Source of the DNA: Trypanosoma brucei
Lineage: Eukaryota
Length of the DNA stretch: 64,000 bases
Direction of reading: 5' to 3'
NCBI GenBank assembly: GCA_000002445.1
Contig: CP000068.1
Coordinates: 672,001 to 736,000, forward strand
Shown: positions 21,111 through 31,153 of the stretch, piece after piece
How positions within the stretch are numbered: position 1 is the stretch's first letter
How the letters are laid out: the number at the start of each line of letters is the position of its first letter
Notes under the pieces: model-generated
What the model saw: only the letters and a program-made list of their open reading frames with translations
Database searches by the model: none
Told to the model about the DNA's origin: nothing
Translations under genes and position numbers: made by a program

Positions 21111-22541
21111 ATGGCATCAGACAATGAGTCCACTGTCGAGGTGAGGGAGGCTCGTGACACCGAGGAGTACGATGCGCAGGCTGCTGCTCGTGGGCTGTGT
21201 GACAAGGCATGTGACATAAAGAGCCTTCTACATGGGCACGTTGAGTCGACGCGTGCCCTCGAAAGGGTTGTTGGGGAATTTTGCACTCGCGACATCGCTG
21301 AAGAGGATGCCTTCCGGAAAATCTCTCTCGACGTTATGCATGCCGAAATGCGGGCGCTACGGGACCTTCACTACGTTGCATTTTCCCAGCGGTGGGCAGA
21401 GGTAGAAAAGGGCTCCGCTGCAGAGGAGGTCACCAGCCTACCTTCAGCGGATAGGAGTGTTGGAAGTTGCGTGTCCCACCTTCTGACCTCGCTTTGTGAG
21501 GGAAAGCCTGATGCAACTTTTAGCCTTTCAGAGTATTTTGGTGTCGCTGACGTGCTTATGGAATGGCGCTCGTTAACTCCAGCATCACAGGAACAGTTGG
21601 ATATTCTTCTTCTGTCAATAACCAGGAGCGTGGAGGACATTTCATCATGTGTCCTGCTGCTGAATGGGGTTTTATATACACCATCTGATTCATTTGATTG
21701 TTGTGAACTCACTCGACGGGAGCTCACCGCGATAATTGGAAGTGGGGGACCCGCTTCCGCGGAAGAGGCACTTGTTGGATGGCTTAATTTTATTGTGAGA
21801 CGCTCGTTACTCAACCAGACCCTTCTCCAGAGGCTGATGAGTTCGACCATCGAGTTTCGGAGAAGTGATCTTTGCCTACAGGGCGACGGCGCAGACGTGC
21901 TGGTTGTAGTCGACCACAGGCGGTTGTTGAACTCCGCTGTCTTTCGTGGGTTTTTCTTTTCTGGGGAGTTGCGTGGTGTAGAGGCTATTGGGGCGCAGGT
22001 GAACTTGATGTCAGTATTATTTGCAGGCAACGGCAGCGGAGATCAGCTTGACATAGAGAAGTGTATCGCCGACATTTTCCGCGCTTTATGGGAGCAGCAG
22101 GAACTGCTTTCATGTAAGTGGAAGAACGTTACTGTGACCCTCGCTGTTCAAGCCAGGAAGGACGTCGGAGCCGGCGCTCAAACCAAGTTGATGGACTTCG
22201 TTGTGCTCGATCTTCGCCCCCTGTCGCCGAACATTCCTTTTCAGTGGCACTTTACATGGGGCGAGGTCTGTGCACTAGGCCAGCTCAGTACGAATGACGG
22301 AGATAGAGCACGACCCCTGGACATTCCTGTTTTCAAGACGACTCGTGTAGCTGTAGCCTCTCTGGGGCCTTATGATAAACTTTCACGCATAATGTTCCCT
22401 TCGATTAACGAGTATTTACGTCTTACGCGGAAAGAGCCACCATCTGTAGCCCCAGTCGCCTACGCTGCCGTCGCGGCGGCGCTTGTCGTCGGGGGATTTA
22501 TTGTTGGAAGCTGCATACTCGGTTCCCGGCGAAGACGATGA
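21111..22541 (+). CDS. Array gene A, copy 1: 476-aa tail-anchored membrane protein, no recognisable domain
   Basis: No N-terminal signal peptide (MASDNESTVEVREARD...). A single C-terminal hydrophobic helix (VAPVAYAAVAAALVVGGFIVGSCILG) is followed only by SRRRR-stop. A strong polypyrimidine tract lies upstream (20985..21042). Confidence 0.75.
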   Translation: MASDNESTVEVREARDTEEYDAQAAARGLCDKACDIKSLLHGHVESTRALERVVGEFCTRDIAEEDAFRKISLDVMHAEMRALRDLHYVAFSQRWAEVEKGSAAEEVTSLPSADRSVGSCVSHLLTSLCEGKPDATFSLSEYFGVADVLMEWRSLTPASQEQLDILLLSITRSVEDISSCVLLLNGVLYTPSDSFDCCELTRRELTAIIGSGGPASAEEALVGWLNFIVRRSLLNQTLLQRLMSSTIEFRRSDLCLQGDGADVLVVVDHRRLLNSAVFRGFFFSGELRGVEAIGAQVNLMSVLFAGNGSGDQLDIEKCIADIFRALWEQQELLSCKWKNVTVTLAVQARKDVGAGAQTKLMDFVVLDLRPLSPNIPFQWHFTWGEVCALGQLSTNDGDRARPLDIPVFKTTRVAVASLGPYDKLSRIMFPSINEYLRLTRKEPPSVAPVAYAAVAAALVVGGFIVGSCILGSRRRR

Positions 22542-22789
22542 GCAGTATCCGCCTCTGCTTTTTTCTGTTCATCTTGTTTTATTGACTTTAGAGCCATATT
22601 TAGGCTCCGCTATGCGTCCTTGTTGGTTAGAGGTTTAGTATTGTTGTACCTGACTCTGTGACTGATGGTGGGTGCCGCACCGTATCTGCGGCATGGGGTG
22701 CTTGCGTGAGTGAGGATCCACACTTATTTGACCGCTGTTTGCTATGAAATGTTTCCCTCCTTTCCTACTTGTAGCCAAGTTAATATTGC

Positions 22790-24130
22790 ATGATGGATAT
22801 TACTGCGTTGTGCGGAAACTATCGGTTGTGTGAGATTGACGGAAAGACGTGCTCCGAGGAAGTGTTTATTGCTCTAGAGGCGTCTGGTGGTGGTGTTGAG
22901 GTTGTTGCCATGGTGGGCAACACCCTGTGCGGGCGCGCTTGTGTGAATGGGGACAGGATTAGTGCGAACCTTACTAGCACTATGAGGCAGGTGGAAGAAG
23001 AGATGATGAGGATTGAAAGCCTGCTGACATGCGGGTTCAAGGCCGGGTTTACCTGTGAGCAGAGTGACATCATACTGACGCTGACTGGAGAGCAGAGTGT
23101 CTTCACATTGGAGCGTGATGTATTATGTGATATAAAGTTTGGTGAGTATACCCTCTGTGAGTTCAATGGGGAACCCGTGGCTTCGGACGAGATGGTGCTC
23201 ACCCTGCTCCCCGCTGTGGTAGATGGTGCCCTTGTGATTGCACAGTTCAAAAACTCTCTCCGCGGGGAGCTGGAGCTTCGCAATGGTCGTCTCCGCGGCG
23301 TTATTGCGTCGACGATGTGCGAGGTGGATGGTTCTTTGAAGTGCGCGGAGGAAGCGTTTTTGTCAGCTACCAGGGGTGATGGCATAAAAGTGTGCTCTGA
23401 CGACCACCGGCTTGTGCTTAAGGACGACCACAATGCGTTCGTTTATGTGCTGCGTCCAGCAATTCCAGAGAACCTTGTGAGCGAGTACTTACTGAAGAGC
23501 TTCAATGGCGAGTCTGTAGAGGCTGAGAGGCGTGTGATGTTCCGCTTTTCCCAATCAGCTGACGGTGTCGGTACGGATGTTGTGGCGAGTGTTGCCAATA
23601 CGATCAGGGGGAAGGTAAGAGTGGATGACGGAAAGTTAAAATCGAAGGTGATGTCATCACGAAGGAAAGGGAATGAGTCGGAGATGCGATTTGAGAATGC
23701 TCTGAAGGAAGGGTTCAAGGCTGGGTTTTCGTGGTCTCTGGACGACACGGTGCTGACTCTTGAGTGCGACGGGAACCGCCTCATCTTCGTGAAAGTTGCC
23801 GCTGTGCCGTGCGAAAATGGTAGGCCGGGGTATATTGGTGATAAGGTTTCAAGATGCTTTAAGGCCCACGACGATGCTCGAGTGTACCGTATCATCAACA
23901 CTGTGGAATCGAAGTGGGCATTTTACAATGACACGACCGAATACAATTTTAATGTGTCAGTGACTTTTGGGCGGAAATCAAAGGTACGCGGTCTGGCCAA
24001 CACGTCAATTGAGACAAATGAGGAAGGCTTGACGGTTGCCAGCGTGTCAGTCGCCCCTGGTGCGACGGAGATGTTCGTTGCTGGGGATGTAAACGGGTAC
24101 AAGTGCTCCTATGACGCAGTGCACCAGTAG
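22790..24130 (+). CDS. Array gene B, copy 1: 446-aa protein built of ~4 tandem FABP/calycin-like domains (~110 aa each)
   Basis: The internal repeats start CGNYRLCEIDGK, FGEYTLCEFNGE, SEYLLKSFNGE, plus a diverged fourth. The first and third repeats end with the motifs RIESLLTCGFKAGFTCEQSDIILTLTGEQ and RFENALKEGFKAGFSWSLDDTVLTLECDG. The start motifs are the same G-x-Y-x-L-x-S/E-F/I-N-G signature as gene C. Confidence 0.75.
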   Translation: MMDITALCGNYRLCEIDGKTCSEEVFIALEASGGGVEVVAMVGNTLCGRACVNGDRISANLTSTMRQVEEEMMRIESLLTCGFKAGFTCEQSDIILTLTGEQSVFTLERDVLCDIKFGEYTLCEFNGEPVASDEMVLTLLPAVVDGALVIAQFKNSLRGELELRNGRLRGVIASTMCEVDGSLKCAEEAFLSATRGDGIKVCSDDHRLVLKDDHNAFVYVLRPAIPENLVSEYLLKSFNGESVEAERRVMFRFSQSADGVGTDVVASVANTIRGKVRVDDGKLKSKVMSSRRKGNESEMRFENALKEGFKAGFSWSLDDTVLTLECDGNRLIFVKVAAVPCENGRPGYIGDKVSRCFKAHDDARVYRIINTVESKWAFYNDTTEYNFNVSVTFGRKSKVRGLANTSIETNEEGLTVASVSVAPGATEMFVAGDVNGYKCSYDAVHQ

Positions 24131-24515
24131 CCGACATTGCGTTGAGTGTTGATCCGGATGTAAGATACACATATGTATGCGGAGGTGGGCGCGTGCGACT
24201 CCTTCAAGCATTCCATGTTATAATTTGTTTGCCGCGCTTGGTCTCGTGATGCTGAGCGATTGTGCCTGTGTTTGTGGTTTCACCCCCTCTTGTCACGCCT
24301 TCCGCGGTTGGTGTGATTCCATTTGTGTTTGTTTCATGTGTTTTGTTTCCCTCACTACATTGTGTGGTGAGGTTTGCTACTCTTATGATGAGTGCGCCTT
24401 GTGCCGCGTGCGTGTGTAGTGCTCATTTACCACTTGCTGCTTTCCCTTAACCTATTTCTGGATGAAAGAGACTTTACTCTTGTTTTTACCCACGTTCAAG
24501 CCGACACGGATAACA

Positions 24516-24866
24516 ATGGCCACCTGCCCTAAACACCTGTTCGGGAAGTACCATCTAGAGAGTTTTAATGGCAAAAGCGCCTTGGAGGGCGAACTGGCCG
24601 GTGTGACACTGGAGCTTGGTGAAGAAGACGGTCGTGTCACAGTACGCGCGAAGGCGGGAAATGCGATGAATGGTGTGTTGAAGTATGAAGGTGGGATGCT
24701 CACCGGCGTCTTGATATCCACTATTATGCTCTCGCCCCCTGCTTTGATGGAGGTGGAGAGTGCTTTCAGTTCTGGATTTTCCAGCGGTATGCATGCGCTC
24801 CGTGAAGGCTCTTCTCTTACGCTTTCGCATAAGACAGACACGATGGTGTTTGAGGCCGTGGAGTAA
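24516..24866 (+). CDS. Array gene C, copy 2: 117-aa FABP/calycin-like protein
   Basis: Identical to copy 3. Differs from copy 1 at K->E (HLESFNG) and P->V (TGVLIST). Confidence 0.6.
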   Translation: MATCPKHLFGKYHLESFNGKSALEGELAGVTLELGEEDGRVTVRAKAGNAMNGVLKYEGGMLTGVLISTIMLSPPALMEVESAFSSGFSSGMHALREGSSLTLSHKTDTMVFEAVE

Positions 24867-25292
24867 AGGTGACGGGCATACGTTAGTGTGTGTTTTGTTT
24901 ATACGGTGATGTAAAAAATGACTTAAATTTTCATCTGTTTTTCGGTAATATTGTAGGTGCATATTCAACTCTTTGAATTTCTAATGGCGGTACTATTAGT
25001 ATTATTTTTTTTAAATACTTTCCTTGTTCACGAATATGTGATATCTACTGATTCGTATGAGCACTTTTGTTTTTTTATGCGTCTTCCTGTCTTCGCTAGC
25101 GTTTTGTTGTTGATGTATTTCTTGATTTGCTTTTCGTTTCTTTCTTTATGCTCTATACCTTTTTTTGCCTTTCCCTTGTATCCGCATATTCTCGTCCTCT
25201 GGTCTCTACTCCGCCATATTTATTCATGTAGTGCATGTAGTACTGGTTTGCATCCCGTGGAAACCTCTGCTTTTGTGTAGCACCCGCGATTT

Positions 25293-26723
25293 ATGGCATC
25301 AGACAATGAGTCCACTGTCGAGGTGAGGGAGGCTCGTGACACCGAGGAGTACGATGCGCAGGCTGCTGCTCGTGGGCTGTGTGACAAGGCATGTGACATA
25401 AAGAGCCTTCTACATGGGCACGTTGAGTCGACGCGTGCCCTCGAAAGGGTTGTTGGGGAATTTTGCACTCGCGACATCGCTGAAGAGGATGCCTTCCGGA
25501 AAATCTCTCTCGACGTTATGCATGCCGAAATGCGGGCGCTACGGGACCTTCACTACGTTGCATTTTCCCAGCGGTGGGCAGAGGTAGAAAAGGGCTCCGC
25601 TGCAGAGGAGGTCACCAGCCTACCTTCAGCGGATAGGAGTGTTGGAAGTTGCGTGTCCCACCTTCTGGCCTCGCTTTGTGAGGGAAAGCCTGATGCAACT
25701 TTTAGCCTTTCAGAGTATTTTGGTGTCGCTGACGTGCTTATGGAATGGCGCTCGTTAACTCCAGCATCACAGGAACAGTTGGATATTCTTCTTCTGTCAA
25801 TAACCAGGAGCGTGGAGGACATTTCATCATGTGTCCTGCTGCTGAATGGGGTTTTATATACACCATCTGATTCATTTGATTGTTGTGAACTCACTCGACG
25901 GGAGCTCACCGCGATAATTGGAAGTGGGGGACCCGCTTCCGCGGAAGAGGCACTTGTTGGATGGCTTAATTTTATTGTGAGACGCTCGTTACTCAACCAG
26001 ACCCTTCTCCAGAGGCTGATGAGTTCGACCATCGAGTTTCGGAGAAGTGATCTTTGCCTACAGGGCGACGGCGCAGACGTGCTGGTTGTAGTCGACCACA
26101 GGCGGTTGTTGAACTCCGCTGTCTTTCGTGGGTTTTTCTTTTCTGGGGAGTTGCGTGGTGTAGAGGCTATTGGGGCGCAGGTGAACTTGATGTCAGTATT
26201 ATTTGCAGGCAACGGCAGCGGAGATCAGCTTGACATAGAGAAGTGTATCGCCGACATTTTCCGCGCTTTATGGGAGCAGCAGGAACTGCTTTCATGTAAG
26301 TGGAAGAACGTTACTGTGACCCTCGCTGTTCAAGCCAGGAAGGACGTCGGAGCCGGCGCTCAAACCAAGTTGATGGACTTCGTTGTGCTCGATCTTCGCC
26401 CCCTGTCGCCGAACATTCCTTTTCAGTGGCACTTTACATGGGGCGAGGTCTGTGCACTAGGCCAGCTCAGTACGAATGACGGAGATAGAGCACGACCCCT
26501 GGACATTCCTGTTTTCAAGACGACTCGTGTAGCTGTAGCCTCTCTGGGGCCTTATGATAAACTTTCACGCATAATGTTCCCTTCGATTAACGAGTATTTA
26601 CGTCTTACGCGGAAAGAGCCACCATCTGTAGCCCCAGTCGCCTACGCTGCCGTCGCGGCGGCGCTTGTCGTCGGGGGATTTATTGTTGGAAGCTGCATAC
26701 TCGGTTCCCGGCGAAGACGATGA
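25293..26723 (+). CDS. Array gene A, copy 2 (T->A at HLLASLCEG relative to copy 1)
   Basis: Exact 4182-bp periodic copy. Confidence 0.75.
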   Translation: MASDNESTVEVREARDTEEYDAQAAARGLCDKACDIKSLLHGHVESTRALERVVGEFCTRDIAEEDAFRKISLDVMHAEMRALRDLHYVAFSQRWAEVEKGSAAEEVTSLPSADRSVGSCVSHLLASLCEGKPDATFSLSEYFGVADVLMEWRSLTPASQEQLDILLLSITRSVEDISSCVLLLNGVLYTPSDSFDCCELTRRELTAIIGSGGPASAEEALVGWLNFIVRRSLLNQTLLQRLMSSTIEFRRSDLCLQGDGADVLVVVDHRRLLNSAVFRGFFFSGELRGVEAIGAQVNLMSVLFAGNGSGDQLDIEKCIADIFRALWEQQELLSCKWKNVTVTLAVQARKDVGAGAQTKLMDFVVLDLRPLSPNIPFQWHFTWGEVCALGQLSTNDGDRARPLDIPVFKTTRVAVASLGPYDKLSRIMFPSINEYLRLTRKEPPSVAPVAYAAVAAALVVGGFIVGSCILGSRRRR

Positions 26724-26971
26724 GCAGTATCCGCCTCTGCTTTTTTCTGTTCATCTTGTTTTATTGACTTTAGAGCCATATTTAGGCTCCGCTATGCGTC
26801 CTTGTTGGTTAGAGGTTTAGTATTGTTGTACCTGACTCTGTGACTGATGGTGGGTGCCGCACCGTATCTGCGGCATGGGGTGCTTGCGTGAGTGAGGATC
26901 CACACTTATTTGACCGCTGTTTGCTATGAAATGTTTCCCTCCTTTCCTACTTGTAGCCAAGTTAATATTGC

Positions 26972-28312
26972 ATGATGGATATTACTGCGTTGTGCGGAAA
27001 CTATCGGTTGTGTGAGATTGACGGAAAGACGTGCTCCGAGGAAGTGTTTATTGCTCTAGAGGCGTCTGGTGGTGGTGTTGAGGTTGTTGCCATGGTGGGC
27101 AACACCCTGTGCGGGCGCGCTTGTGTGAATGGGGACAGGATTAGTGCGAACCTTACTAGCACTATGAGGCAGGTGGAAGAAGAGATGATGAGGATTGAAA
27201 GCCTGCTGACATGCGGGTTCAAGGCCGGGTTTACCTGTGAGCAGAGTGACATCATACTGACGCTGACTGGAGAGCAGAGTGTCTTCACATTGGAGCGTGA
27301 TGTATTATGTGATATAAAGTTTGGTGAGTATACCCTCTGTGAGTTCAATGGGGAACCCGTGGCTTCGGACGAGATGGTGCTCACCCTGCTCCCCGCTGTG
27401 GTAGATGGTGCCCTTGTGATTGCACAGTTCAAAAACTCTCTCCGCGGGGAGCTGGAGCTTCGCAATGGTCGTCTCCGCGGCGTTATTGCGTCGACGATGT
27501 GCGAGGTGGATGGTTCTTTGAAGTGCGCGGAGGAAGCGTTTTTGTCAGCTACCAGGGGTGATGGCATAAAAGTGTGCTCTGACGACCACCGGCTTGTGCT
27601 TAAGGACGACCACAATGCGTTCGTTTATGTGCTGCGTCCAGCAATTCCAGAGAACCTTGTGAGCGAGTACTTACTGAAGAGCTTCAATGGCGAGTCTGTA
27701 GAGGCTGAGAGGCGTGTGATGTTCCGCTTTTCCCAATCAGCTGACGGTGTCGGTACGGATGTTGTGGCGAGTGTTGCCAATACGATCAGGGGGAAGGTAA
27801 GAGTGGATGACGGAAAGTTAAAATCGAAGGTGATGTCATCACGAAGGAAAGGGAATGAGTCGGAGATGCGATTTGAGAATGCTCTGAAGGAAGGGTTCAA
27901 GGCTGGGTTTTCGTGGTCTCTGGACGACACGGTGCTGACTCTTGAGTGCGACGGGAACCGCCTCATCTTCGTGAAAGTTGCCGCTGTGCCGTGCGAAAAT
28001 GGTAGGCCGGGGTATATTGGTGATAAGGTTTCAAGATGCTTTAAGGCCCACGACGATGCTCGAGTGTACCGTATCATCAACACTGTGGAATCGAAGTGGG
28101 CATTTTACAATGACACGACCGAATACAATTTTAATGTGTCAGTGACTTTTGGGCGGAAATCAAAGGTACGCGGTCTGGCCAACACGTCAATTGAGACAAA
28201 TGAGGAAGGCTTGACGGTTGCCAGCGTGTCAGTCGCCCCTGGTGCGACGGAGATGTTCGTTGCTGGGGATGTAAACGGGTACAAGTGCTCCTATGACGCA
28301 GTGCACCAGTAG
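26972..28312 (+). CDS. Array gene B, copy 2
   Basis: Identical protein, 4182-bp period. Confidence 0.75.
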   Translation: MMDITALCGNYRLCEIDGKTCSEEVFIALEASGGGVEVVAMVGNTLCGRACVNGDRISANLTSTMRQVEEEMMRIESLLTCGFKAGFTCEQSDIILTLTGEQSVFTLERDVLCDIKFGEYTLCEFNGEPVASDEMVLTLLPAVVDGALVIAQFKNSLRGELELRNGRLRGVIASTMCEVDGSLKCAEEAFLSATRGDGIKVCSDDHRLVLKDDHNAFVYVLRPAIPENLVSEYLLKSFNGESVEAERRVMFRFSQSADGVGTDVVASVANTIRGKVRVDDGKLKSKVMSSRRKGNESEMRFENALKEGFKAGFSWSLDDTVLTLECDGNRLIFVKVAAVPCENGRPGYIGDKVSRCFKAHDDARVYRIINTVESKWAFYNDTTEYNFNVSVTFGRKSKVRGLANTSIETNEEGLTVASVSVAPGATEMFVAGDVNGYKCSYDAVHQ

Positions 28313-28697
28313 CCGACATTGCGTTGAGTGTTGATCCGGATGTAAGATACACATATGTATGCGGAGGTGGGCGCGTGCGACTCCTTCAAGCATTCCATGT
28401 TATAATTTGTTTGCCGCGCTTGGTCTCGTGATGCTGAGCGATTGTGCCTGTGTTTGTGGTTTCACCCCCTCTTGTCACGCCTTCCGCGGTTGGTGTGATT
28501 CCATTTGTGTTTGTTTCATGTGTTTTGTTTCCCTCACTACATTGTGTGGTGAGGTTTGCTACTCTTATGATGAGTGCGCCTTGTGCCGCGTGCGTGTGTA
28601 GTGCTCATTTACCACTTGCTGCTTTCCCTTAACCTATTTCTGGATGAAAGAGACTTTACTCTTGTTTTTACCCACGTTCAAGCCGACACGGATAACA

Positions 28698-29048
28698 ATG
28701 GCCACCTGCCCTAAACACCTGTTCGGGAAGTACCATCTAGAGAGTTTTAATGGCAAAAGCGCCTTGGAGGGCGAACTGGCCGGTGTGACACTGGAGCTTG
28801 GTGAAGAAGACGGTCGTGTCACAGTACGCGCGAAGGCGGGAAATGCGATGAATGGTGTGTTGAAGTATGAAGGTGGGATGCTCACCGGCGTCTTGATATC
28901 CACTATTATGCTCTCGCCCCCTGCTTTGATGGAGGTGGAGAGTGCTTTCAGTTCTGGATTTTCCAGCGGTATGCATGCGCTCCGTGAAGGCTCTTCTCTT
29001 ACGCTTTCGCATAAGACAGACACGATGGTGTTTGAGGCCGTGGAGTAA
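28698..29048 (+). CDS. Array gene C, copy 3: 117-aa FABP/calycin-like protein
   Basis: Identical to copy 2. Confidence 0.6.
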   Translation: MATCPKHLFGKYHLESFNGKSALEGELAGVTLELGEEDGRVTVRAKAGNAMNGVLKYEGGMLTGVLISTIMLSPPALMEVESAFSSGFSSGMHALREGSSLTLSHKTDTMVFEAVE

Positions 29049-29474
29049 AGGTGACGGGCATACGTTAGTGTGTGTTTTGTTTATACGGTGATGTAAAAAA
29101 TGACTTAAATTTTCATCTGTTTTTCGGTAATATTGTAGGTGCATATTCAACTCTTTGAATTTCTAATGGCGGTACTATTAGTATTATTTTTTTTAAATAC
29201 TTTCCTTGTTCACGAATATGTGATATCTACTGATTCGTATGAGCACTTTTGTTTTTTTATGCGTCTTCCTGTCTTCGCTAGCGTTTTGTTGTTGATGTAT
29301 TTCTTGATTTGCTTTTCGTTTCTTTCTTTATGCTCTATACCTTTTTTTGCCTTTCCCTTGTATCCGCATATTCTCGTCCTCTGGTCTCTACTCCGCCATA
29401 TTTATTCATGTAGTGCATGTAGTACTGGTTTGCATCCCGTGGAAACCTCTGCTTTTGTGTAGCACCCGCGATTT

Positions 29475-30905
29475 ATGGCATCAGACAATGAGTCCACTGT
29501 CGAGGTGAGGGAGGCTCGTGACACCGAGGAGTACGATGCGCAGGCTGCTGCTCGTGGGCTGTGTGACAAGGCATGTGACATAAAGAGCCTTCTACATGGG
29601 CACGTTGAGTCGACGCGTGCCCTCGAAAGGGTTGTTGGGGAATTTTGCACTCGCGACATCGCTGAAGAGGATGCCTTCCGGAAAATCTCTCTCGACGTTA
29701 TGCATGCCGAAATGCGGGCGCTACGGGACCTTCACTACGTTGCATTTTCCCAGCGGTGGGCAGAGGTAGAAAAGGGCTCCGCTGCAGAGGAGGTCACCAG
29801 CCTACCTTCAGCGGATAGGAGTGTTGGAAGTTGCGTGTCCCACCTTCTGGCCTCGCTTTGTGAGGGAAAGCCTGATGCAACTTTTAGCCTTTCAGAGTAT
29901 TTTGGTGTCGCTGACGTGCTTATGGAATGGCGCTCGTTAACTCCAGCATCACAGGAACAGTTGGATATTCTTCTTCTGTCAATAACCAGGAGCGTGGAGG
30001 ACATTTCATCATGTGTCCTGCTGCTGAATGGGGTTTTATATACACCATCTGATTCATTTGATTGTTGTGAACTCACTCGACGGGAGCTCACCGCGATAAT
30101 TGGAAGTGGGGGACCCGCTTCCGCGGAAGAGGCACTTGTTGGATGGCTTAATTTTATTGTGAGACGCTCGTTACTCAACCAGACCCTTCTCCAGAGGCTG
30201 ATGAGTTCGACCATCGAGTTTCGGAGAAGTGATCTTTGCCTACAGGGCGACGGCGCAGACGTGCTGGTTGTAGTCGACCACAGGCGGTTGTTGAACTCCG
30301 CTGTCTTTCGTGGGTTTTTCTTTTCTGGGGAGTTGCGTGGTGTAGAGGCTATTGGGGCGCAGGTGAACTTGATGTCAGTATTATTTGCAGGCAACGGCAG
30401 CGGAGATCAGCTTGACATAGAGAAGTGTATCGCCGACATTTTCCGCGCTTTATGGGAGCAGCAGGAACTGCTTTCATGTAAGTGGAAGAACGTTACTGTG
30501 ACCCTCGCTGTTCAAGCCAGGAAGGACGTCGGAGCCGGCGCTCAAACCAAGTTGATGGACTTCGTTGTGCTCGATCTTCGCCCCCTGTCGCCGAACATTC
30601 CTTTTCAGTGGCACTTTACATGGGGCGAGGTCTGTGCACTAGGCCAGCTCAGTACGAATGACGGAGATAGAGCACGACCCCTGGACATTCCTGTTTTCAA
30701 GACGACTCGTGTAGCTGTAGCCTCTCTGGGGCCTTATGATAAACTTTCACGCATAATGTTCCCTTCGATTAACGAGTATTTACGTCTTACGCGGAAAGAG
30801 CCACCATCTGTAGCCCCAGTCGCCTACGCTGCCGTCGCGGCGGCGCTTGTCGTCGGGGGATTTATTGTTGGAAGCTGCATACTCGGTTCCCGGCGAAGAC
30901 GATGA
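29475..30905 (+). CDS. Array gene A, copy 3
   Basis: Identical to copy 2. Confidence 0.75.
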   Translation: MASDNESTVEVREARDTEEYDAQAAARGLCDKACDIKSLLHGHVESTRALERVVGEFCTRDIAEEDAFRKISLDVMHAEMRALRDLHYVAFSQRWAEVEKGSAAEEVTSLPSADRSVGSCVSHLLASLCEGKPDATFSLSEYFGVADVLMEWRSLTPASQEQLDILLLSITRSVEDISSCVLLLNGVLYTPSDSFDCCELTRRELTAIIGSGGPASAEEALVGWLNFIVRRSLLNQTLLQRLMSSTIEFRRSDLCLQGDGADVLVVVDHRRLLNSAVFRGFFFSGELRGVEAIGAQVNLMSVLFAGNGSGDQLDIEKCIADIFRALWEQQELLSCKWKNVTVTLAVQARKDVGAGAQTKLMDFVVLDLRPLSPNIPFQWHFTWGEVCALGQLSTNDGDRARPLDIPVFKTTRVAVASLGPYDKLSRIMFPSINEYLRLTRKEPPSVAPVAYAAVAAALVVGGFIVGSCILGSRRRR

Positions 30906-31153
30906 GCAGTATCCGCCTCTGCTTTTTTCTGTTCATCTTGTTTTATTGACTTTAGAGCCATATTTAGGCTCCGCTATGCGTCCTTGTTGGTTAGAGGTTT
31001 AGTATTGTTGTACCTGACTCTGTGACTGATGGTGGGTGCCGCACCGTATCTGCGGCATGGGGTGCTTGCGTGAGTGAGGATCCACACTTATTTGACCGCT
31101 GTTTGCTATGAAATGTTTCCCTCCTTTCCTACTTGTAGCCAAGTTAATATTGC

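Noticed and set aside
21371-23901. Minus-strand ORFs of 219, 204 and 152 aa antisense to array genes A and B (repeated in each unit)
   Set aside because: They sit antisense to well-formed, periodic plus-strand genes. The products are S/T/P/R-rich low-complexity, typical of the reverse frame of GC-rich codons.
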